Below, one piece after another: positions 36,191-41,131 of a stretch of 41,131 bases of DNA. The position numbers and the translations under genes were made by a program. Position 1 is the stretch's first letter; each line of letters opens with the position of its first letter. This stretch comes from a virus (Duplodnaviria; Caudoviricetes). The stretch lies in IMG/VR virus record IMGVR_UViG_3300036713_000295, positions 1 to 41,131 of that record, one strand, 5' to 3'. The notes below the pieces were generated by a model. That model was not told the DNA's origin, searched no databases, and saw only the letters and a list, made by a program, of their open reading frames with translations.

Positions 36191-36219
36191 AATATATCTA
36201 TATTATACATTTATGTCAA
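36191..36219 (-). promoter_or_regulatory. Sigma70-like promoter with operator, pointing into the intergenic region
   Basis: TTGACA-17 nt-TATATT; operator at 36204-36219. Confidence 0.55.
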
Positions 36220-36590
36220 CGATCAATTTCATAGAACCAATCTTCTCCCTTTTCTTCTCTCCATGCGTTTTTAGCTTTTCTTGATTGTATTGTGTAATCA
36301 CCTTCCTGGTAGAAATGTGCAGAGTGTTTGAGGGCATTTCTTGCTAACTTCTCTCTTACCTCAGTTTCAATGTCGCCTCCCAATAATTCAAATATGGTTA
36401 GGCAATAAATGTATATGTCAGCAGCCTCTGTAAGCTGTTGTTTTCGGTCGTTTGTCTCTAATAGCTCTAACACCTCACCAACTAAAGCATGAGCCACGTT
36501 TATTAGGCTAGAATCATTATCAGCCATTATTGGCCGATCTTGTATAAATCTTTTGTGAATTTCAGATAGACTAGTTATTTTTTCGCTCAT
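36216..36590 (-). CDS. MazG-like nucleotide pyrophosphohydrolase
   Basis: ALVGEVLELLE, EAADIYIY, KLARNALKH. Confidence 0.8.
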   Translation of the reverse strand: MSEKITSLSEIHKRFIQDRPIMADNDSSLINVAHALVGEVLELLETNDRKQQLTEAADIYIYCLTIFELLGGDIETEVREKLARNALKHSAHFYQEGDYTIQSRKAKNAWREEKGEDWFYEIDR

Positions 36591-36822
36591 GAATGTTTGA
36601 CCATGCTTGACTTGCTAAAATGCTATCAATTAAATTGCCAAGATCATCATATTCATCTTTGGTCAACAATCCATCCATTAAATCTTGATGCAAACTAATC
36701 CATAAAGATGTTGCATCTATGTTTTGTTCGTTTTGAATTCTATGCTCGTAAGATTCTTTAATCTGTCTCATTATCAAATACAACCACTCTCGTTGTGTGT
36801 CCTGTTTGTTTCTCATGCTCAT
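36571..36822 (-). CDS. Hypothetical protein
   Basis: 83-aa ORF in a packed operon. Confidence 0.55.
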   Translation of the reverse strand: MSMRNKQDTQREWLYLIMRQIKESYEHRIQNEQNIDATSLWISLHQDLMDGLLTKDEYDDLGNLIDSILASQAWSNIHERKNN

Positions 36823-37024
36823 TGGCTATTTTTTCAGCCTCAGCCAACATGCTAATAGCAAGTATTGTAAGTGTTGTATCATCTTTAGCACAACCCGAAG
36901 ATTCAACATACTCTCCATGATGTTTGCCTTTTTTATCGTATCCATGATGTTGAAAGTCTTGACCCTGGCAAAATACTCTAATGTGTGGCTTGTTTATTTC
37001 GTTTCTGTTTCTAAAAAATTTCAT
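36758..37024 (-). CDS. Hypothetical protein
   Basis: ORF starting MKFFR, ATGA-coupled to the upstream gene. Confidence 0.5.
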   Translation of the reverse strand: MKFFRNRNEINKPHIRVFCQGQDFQHHGYDKKGKHHGEYVESSGCAKDDTTLTILAISMLAEAEKIANEHEKQTGHTTRVVVFDNETD

Positions 37025-37728
37025 TCTTCTTTCCATTCAAATAAATTGTATTGTTCTTCTAATAACCCAATATTCAATCTAGCTAACTCCTCATTTGTAT
37101 AAAATCTGTGTAGCTCTACATGGTCATCTCTGTGTAGTGGGATACAATTTGCAACACTAGTTATCAATGACTGTGGCATTTCCCACTCTCTAGCTATCTC
37201 TACAGGCACTTTGTGGTGAAATTGATAATCTGCTGGGTCTGCATCTGCTGGTATATCACCACGCCTGACTGCTTGTTCCCAAGCTAATGTTTTAGTTTCC
37301 TGAGAAAATTCCCATCCTGTACGCCTAGATTCCAATAATACAAATCCAGTTTCTTCATCTATTGGATATACGAAGGTCATATCCTCAATGTCATATTCCT
37401 CTAGTAAAAACTCAAGTTTTGTATTTCCTATTAGCTCTGTAGCTGGGAAAACTCTAATGTTTACTTCTGCTTGTTCTAGTGGAAAATCCAACAATACTGG
37501 CTCTGGATCTTCTAAGTGGAAGCTTGGTAGTTTCTCTAAAGAATCAATTAAACCCATTATTGCAACAGCAATAGGATTGTTACCCTCTTGGGTTTGTCTT
37601 GAGTGTTCTGCCAACATTACAGTTGATGAAATTGCGTATAAAAAAAGCAGTCCTAACACGACTGCTACCACCATTGTTTTGCCAGACTCTTTGTCTTTGT
37701 GTACTGCTATGATCTCAGCTTCCTTCAT
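37021..37728 (-). CDS. Membrane-anchored protein with C-terminal HNH-like motif
   Basis: TM segment VVAVVLGLLFLYAISS; YQFHHKVP...ANCIPLHRDDHVELH. Confidence 0.65.
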   Translation of the reverse strand: MKEAEIIAVHKDKESGKTMVVAVVLGLLFLYAISSTVMLAEHSRQTQEGNNPIAVAIMGLIDSLEKLPSFHLEDPEPVLLDFPLEQAEVNIRVFPATELIGNTKLEFLLEEYDIEDMTFVYPIDEETGFVLLESRRTGWEFSQETKTLAWEQAVRRGDIPADADPADYQFHHKVPVEIAREWEMPQSLITSVANCIPLHRDDHVELHRFYTNEELARLNIGLLEEQYNLFEWKEE

Positions 37729-37931
37729 AGAAACCCAAACTTCTTTTTGCTTTTAGTAAAATACACCTTTTGAGTTTTAGAGTCAAAGAAGAATTTAACA
37801 ATATATCCATTTGCCTCTAGTTGCTCTATTTCTTCTAATAATCCTTCAAGGCTACCAATAGCACCATGAGCAATATCTATCTGCTCCTGAACAGTGTTGA
37901 TAAATTCGGTTCTACTTATTCTTTCTGGCAT
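37725..37931 (-). CDS. Hypothetical protein
   Basis: 68 aa, coupled to neighbours. Confidence 0.6.
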   Translation of the reverse strand: MPERISRTEFINTVQEQIDIAHGAIGSLEGLLEEIEQLEANGYIVKFFFDSKTQKVYFTKSKKKFGFL

Positions 37932-38232
37932 CTTTTTTGCTTTCTAGCATTGCAGATAATATAGCTAGGTAATTTGCAGAATCTATCAGGCTGTCTCTAA
38001 TGCTCTCATCTGCCACCAGCCTATCTTTATCTAATAGATTGCTAATCCTTGCCATCTTATCGGCTACTCTAATTAATATTGCTCTCTCTGGTGAAACACC
38101 AACGAGATTAGCAAAGTTAAAGTTCTTAAATGGGTTTTCTTTTGATGCGTAGTCGTGGTTTTTTCTCTCAACAAGAGATAATGCTTCCTTAAAAAAGCTA
38201 TCTAGATATGAGATGAATTCTTTTTGGTTCAT
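37912..38232 (-). CDS. DUF1599 / nucleotide-modification-associated domain protein
   Basis: RKNHDYA..NPF.NF, DKMARI, ESIRDSLID.ANY. Confidence 0.75.
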   Translation of the reverse strand: MNQKEFISYLDSFFKEALSLVERKNHDYASKENPFKNFNFANLVGVSPERAILIRVADKMARISNLLDKDRLVADESIRDSLIDSANYLAILSAMLESKKDARKNK

Positions 38233-38243
38233 CTTACAAGCTC
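38223..38243. repeat. 21-bp direct repeat flanking the DPPY MTase (downstream copy)
   Basis: TTTGGTTCATCTTACAAGCTC; 20/21 identical to 39401-39421. Confidence 0.85.
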
Positions 38244-39410
38244 CGCATTTATTCTTGATTCTGCTATTTTCATATACTCCTCGTTTAACTCTATACCTAT
38301 AAAATCAAACCCTAGATTCTTACAAGCTATTCCCGTAGTTCCTGAACCCATAAAAGGATCAAGGATTGTTGCACCATCTCTTGAAACTAATTTGATTAGG
38401 TATTCCATTAGGGCGATAGGCTTAACTGTTGGGTGGTTGTTTTTGTGTAAAATGTTTCTTTCATTTCCAGAACCAGTTAAAGAGTTTTCAAAGTTTTGAC
38501 TAGTAATATGGGATTTATGTTTCTCCTTCAACCCCTCACACCCTGCGTTTCTCTCACGCTTTGAGGCTTTGGCACAATAAAAGAATCTCTGGCTATTATT
38601 AGGAAACAACCCCACTACCTCATCAGATCCATCGTGGATGAAGTTAGCTGGAAAGCGACCATTTTGGTTAGTTTCTGCCTTAAACTGCTTATCTGTTGTC
38701 CATTTTTTTCTATATCCATCATCAATTTGTTTTTTAATGATTGCAGATATACCTTTGTGTTTAGCACCTTTGAAACTACTTAGTTTATCTTGTACTTGTT
38801 TTAAGTCGTTATTATTTTGATAATCAACCCGACTCTCATCTATATTTATTCCACCAGTTCCCCATTTAAGTACGTTCTTGGCTACTGTTTTCTCACTTAG
38901 GGGTTTTCTTGCTACTACAATAGGTTCATGTGCAGGTTTTAGAGCTGTTCCCCAGCCTTCCCATTCGGAAATGCCTGTTGATAATTCTCTAGTTATTTGT
39001 ACCTTTTTACCGAGTATTCCAGAGCTTCTACCCTCTCGTTCTTGGATACCTGTAACTTCTCTCTCATTCCCCTGCAACTTATCAACTGCCTTGCCTATAT
39101 TATGAGATTTGGGAAAACCACTGCCATACACCCACATAATCTGATCTCTTATCTCAAACCCCGCATCTTCAATAGCTACTGCCATGCGGTGATAGGTTCT
39201 TGAGCCACCAAAACTAAGTAGATATCCACCTGGTTTTAAGACTCTTAATGCTTCAGTCCATATCTCTTTTGAGGGTACGTCATAGTCCCATTTCTTGCCC
39301 ATAAACTTTAGCCCGTATGGAGGATCAGTAACAATAGCATCAACACTATTTTCATCTAGTGTTTTCATTGCATCAAAACAGTTATCAAGAATTAATCTCA
39401 TTTGGTTCAT
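38229..39410 (-). CDS. DNA N6-adenine/N4-cytosine methyltransferase (beta class)
   Basis: VTDPPY, HPTVKP, LDPFMGSGTT. Confidence 0.95.
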   Translation of the reverse strand: MNQMRLILDNCFDAMKTLDENSVDAIVTDPPYGLKFMGKKWDYDVPSKEIWTEALRVLKPGGYLLSFGGSRTYHRMAVAIEDAGFEIRDQIMWVYGSGFPKSHNIGKAVDKLQGNEREVTGIQEREGRSSGILGKKVQITRELSTGISEWEGWGTALKPAHEPIVVARKPLSEKTVAKNVLKWGTGGINIDESRVDYQNNNDLKQVQDKLSSFKGAKHKGISAIIKKQIDDGYRKKWTTDKQFKAETNQNGRFPANFIHDGSDEVVGLFPNNSQRFFYCAKASKRERNAGCEGLKEKHKSHITSQNFENSLTGSGNERNILHKNNHPTVKPIALMEYLIKLVSRDGATILDPFMGSGTTGIACKNLGFDFIGIELNEEYMKIAESRINAELVR

Positions 39411-39421
39411 CTTACAGGCTC
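39401..39421. repeat. 21-bp direct repeat flanking the DPPY MTase (upstream copy)
   Basis: TTTGGTTCATCTTACAGGCTC. Confidence 0.85.
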
Positions 39422-39589
39422 ATCAGTTACAAACCTGAGAACACCAAAGATGACTCCGATCAAAGATACTAATAACTCTTGCATTGATTGCTCACCTGCA
39501 AAATACATTCCAATACCTGTAGCAACAGTTGCGATTGATGCCCACATGGTTTTGCTTTTTAACACTGACTTGGCTTTTCTTTTTGCCAT
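39407..39589 (-). CDS. Holin (two TM helices, putative)
   Basis: LKSKTMW, two hydrophobic helices, LRFVTDEPV; directly after the endolysin. Confidence 0.7.
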   Translation of the reverse strand: MAKRKAKSVLKSKTMWASIATVATGIGMYFAGEQSMQELLVSLIGVIFGVLRFVTDEPVR

Positions 39590-39590
39590 T

Positions 39591-40556
39591 TTATCCTTTC
39601 TTGAAAATATTATTAAACCACTCAATAGCGGTTTCTAATAAGTTTAATTGCTCTTTCTTTCCTTCTTGTTCTTTGAGACGTTTTTCAACTGTCTCAACAC
39701 GCCCCAGCAGTCTTTCTACTTCAGCCTTTAATCTCCTAACATCATCTTTAAGCTCTGCGTTCTCAGCTTCTAACTTTCTCTTTTCTTCACTAGCCATTTT
39801 CTCAGTATTCTTTAGCTGTTGTCTCAACTGATCTTCAGTCGACATATCCATTTCTATTTTTTCTAAGATGTGACTTTCATCAGCCAAACTATCAATCTTT
39901 TTTGCAACCTTATCAAGGAAAGCTTGATGTGCTTGTACAAGCTCGTTTGCCCTAGTCCTAGCACCGTCTCTCTCAGCTCTATATCTCGAAGCTTTCTCAC
40001 GCTCCGATTTTAAAAAAGACATCTCTTTATCCCAGACTTTTATTGCTTCTTCCTCTGTCTTTACTCCTATATGTTCTAGTAGTTTGTTTGGCATACTTTC
40101 ATTAGTACTTGATAATTTATCAACATCTATCCTTGCATATCCTACTGGCCGATAATAGCTTGTTGATTTTGTTGTCCCAAACCAGGGATCATTCATTTGA
40201 CCATTCCCTATATATAATACCCAATGTCTACTTGCTCCTATACGACTCCCATCTACCTCAACTAAACACCCACCGTTCTTGTCAATAGCCTCTTTTACTT
40301 TATCGTTATCATAAGAATAGCCACGCCAGATAAACTTACCAGATAAACACTCACTAAGCTTTGACCATATAACCAGGTTTTTATTGCTACCTGCATATCC
40401 ATTTACTGATTTTAGCTTGTTGTTGATAATGTCGGGGGTTGTGCCAAAAAGCATGGAAATGGATGAAATTGTGCATCCATAGTTGTGAATTGTTGTTCTA
40501 CCAAACCCTAGTTTTTGTGATCCCCATTTTGGATCTCTTTGGGAAAGTGGTTTCAT
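39591..40556 (-). CDS. Endolysin: peptidase C39-like domain plus long coiled coil
   Basis: SQRDPKW, YGCTISSISM (Cys), RHWVL (His), NDPW (Asp). Confidence 0.75.
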   Translation of the reverse strand: MKPLSQRDPKWGSQKLGFGRTTIHNYGCTISSISMLFGTTPDIINNKLKSVNGYAGSNKNLVIWSKLSECLSGKFIWRGYSYDNDKVKEAIDKNGGCLVEVDGSRIGASRHWVLYIGNGQMNDPWFGTTKSTSYYRPVGYARIDVDKLSSTNESMPNKLLEHIGVKTEEEAIKVWDKEMSFLKSEREKASRYRAERDGARTRANELVQAHQAFLDKVAKKIDSLADESHILEKIEMDMSTEDQLRQQLKNTEKMASEEKRKLEAENAELKDDVRRLKAEVERLLGRVETVEKRLKEQEGKKEQLNLLETAIEWFNNIFKKG

Positions 40557-40568
40557 ATATTTATTCTA

Positions 40569-41003
40569 TCATTGAATTGTAAACAACCGACCATTTATGG
40601 TTTGTGTCTTATGAATTCCAAACGGTAAATTAACAGTTATATGGCTAACCAAATAGCAGGTTGACTTTTTCTGAGGTGTAAATGCTAAGTATTGCCATAC
40701 TACAGTTTTTTCTAATATTTCATTATTGTGTCCAGAAGATGAGTAGCTTGATACTCTAATAAACTCATCATTATTATATGAGCATTTTAAGACATCGTTC
40801 CAAGATATAGGACTTTTGTGCCTGACAACAAGGCTACTTTTAAATGAAAGTATCTCGCCCTTTTCAAACACATCTTTAGTAGGTTCTACGCTGTAATAAT
40901 GAGTCCAGAAAGAGCCTGGCAAATACCAGTAAAAAAATAATATGAACGCAAAGATAACTGTCAGTATTCTTGCCAGGTTTGCCATAGTTAAAATTCTTCT
41001 CAT
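40569..41003 (-). CDS. N-terminal TM protein in the lysis module
   Basis: ILTVIFAFILFFYWYL, then a beta domain with a Cys pair; start MRRIL overlaps the stop of the upstream gene. Confidence 0.65.
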   Translation of the reverse strand: MRRILTMANLARILTVIFAFILFFYWYLPGSFWTHYYSVEPTKDVFEKGEILSFKSSLVVRHKSPISWNDVLKCSYNNDEFIRVSSYSSSGHNNEILEKTVVWQYLAFTPQKKSTCYLVSHITVNLPFGIHKTQTINGRLFTIQ

Positions 41004-41131
41004 ATTTTGACCCCTAATAAAGACAAAATTCCAACGATTAAAGCACCGACTATGATTCTCAATACCCACTCTATCAATGAATCGTATTTTTCTATTTTAG
41101 ATTCAATCTCTTTCACATCATCCTTCGTAGC
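40986..41131. repeat. Terminal direct repeat, copy 2
   Basis: Matches 1-146 with 4 mismatches in the last 20 nt. Confidence 0.95.

Noticed and set aside
1-41131. Stop-codon recoding, tRNA genes, integrase/att site
   Set aside because: Core genes are intact in the standard bacterial code with TAA, TAG and TGA all used as stops. No cloverleaf or recombinase was recognised; a tRNAscan run would be needed to be sure.

Overview
The window is an apparently complete, circularly permuted dsDNA tailed-phage genome of about 41.0 kb: bases 1-146 recur at 40986-41131. It looks like a podovirus, since no tape measure or integrase is recognisable. The minus strand carries terS, terL, a P22-like portal, scaffold, an N4-gp56-like major capsid protein, a six-gene glycosyltransferase/methyltransferase/deacetylase block, tail fibres, adaptor/nozzle, internal (ejection) proteins and lysis genes. 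It also carries a Prim-Pol/DnaB primase-helicase, an SSB and an Ocr-like early gene. A divergent plus-strand operon (30538-36018) encodes an HNH/NinG-like nuclease, a PD-(D/E)XK exonuclease, a pentapeptide-repeat protein, three unannotated mini DNA-binding proteins, a C5 cytosine methyltransferase and a lytic transglycosylase. The strongest leads are: (1) a C5 MTase whose missing target-recognition motifs lie in a fully nested +1-frame ORF with its own AGGAGG RBS; (2) a glycan-building cassette with its own promoter, inserted between the capsid and tail genes; (3) a 600-nt GC-rich, multi-stem non-coding element between terS and terL; (4) a DPPY DNA MTase gene flanked by 21-bp direct repeats, so that it could be excised precisely; (5) a 16-bp palindromic operator overlapping four -35-like boxes; (6) paralogous tail-tip cassettes with identical junctions. 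All protein calls rest on motif recognition by eye; no database searches were run. The host cannot be determined from the sequence, and a CPR/Patescibacteria-type host is only a guess.
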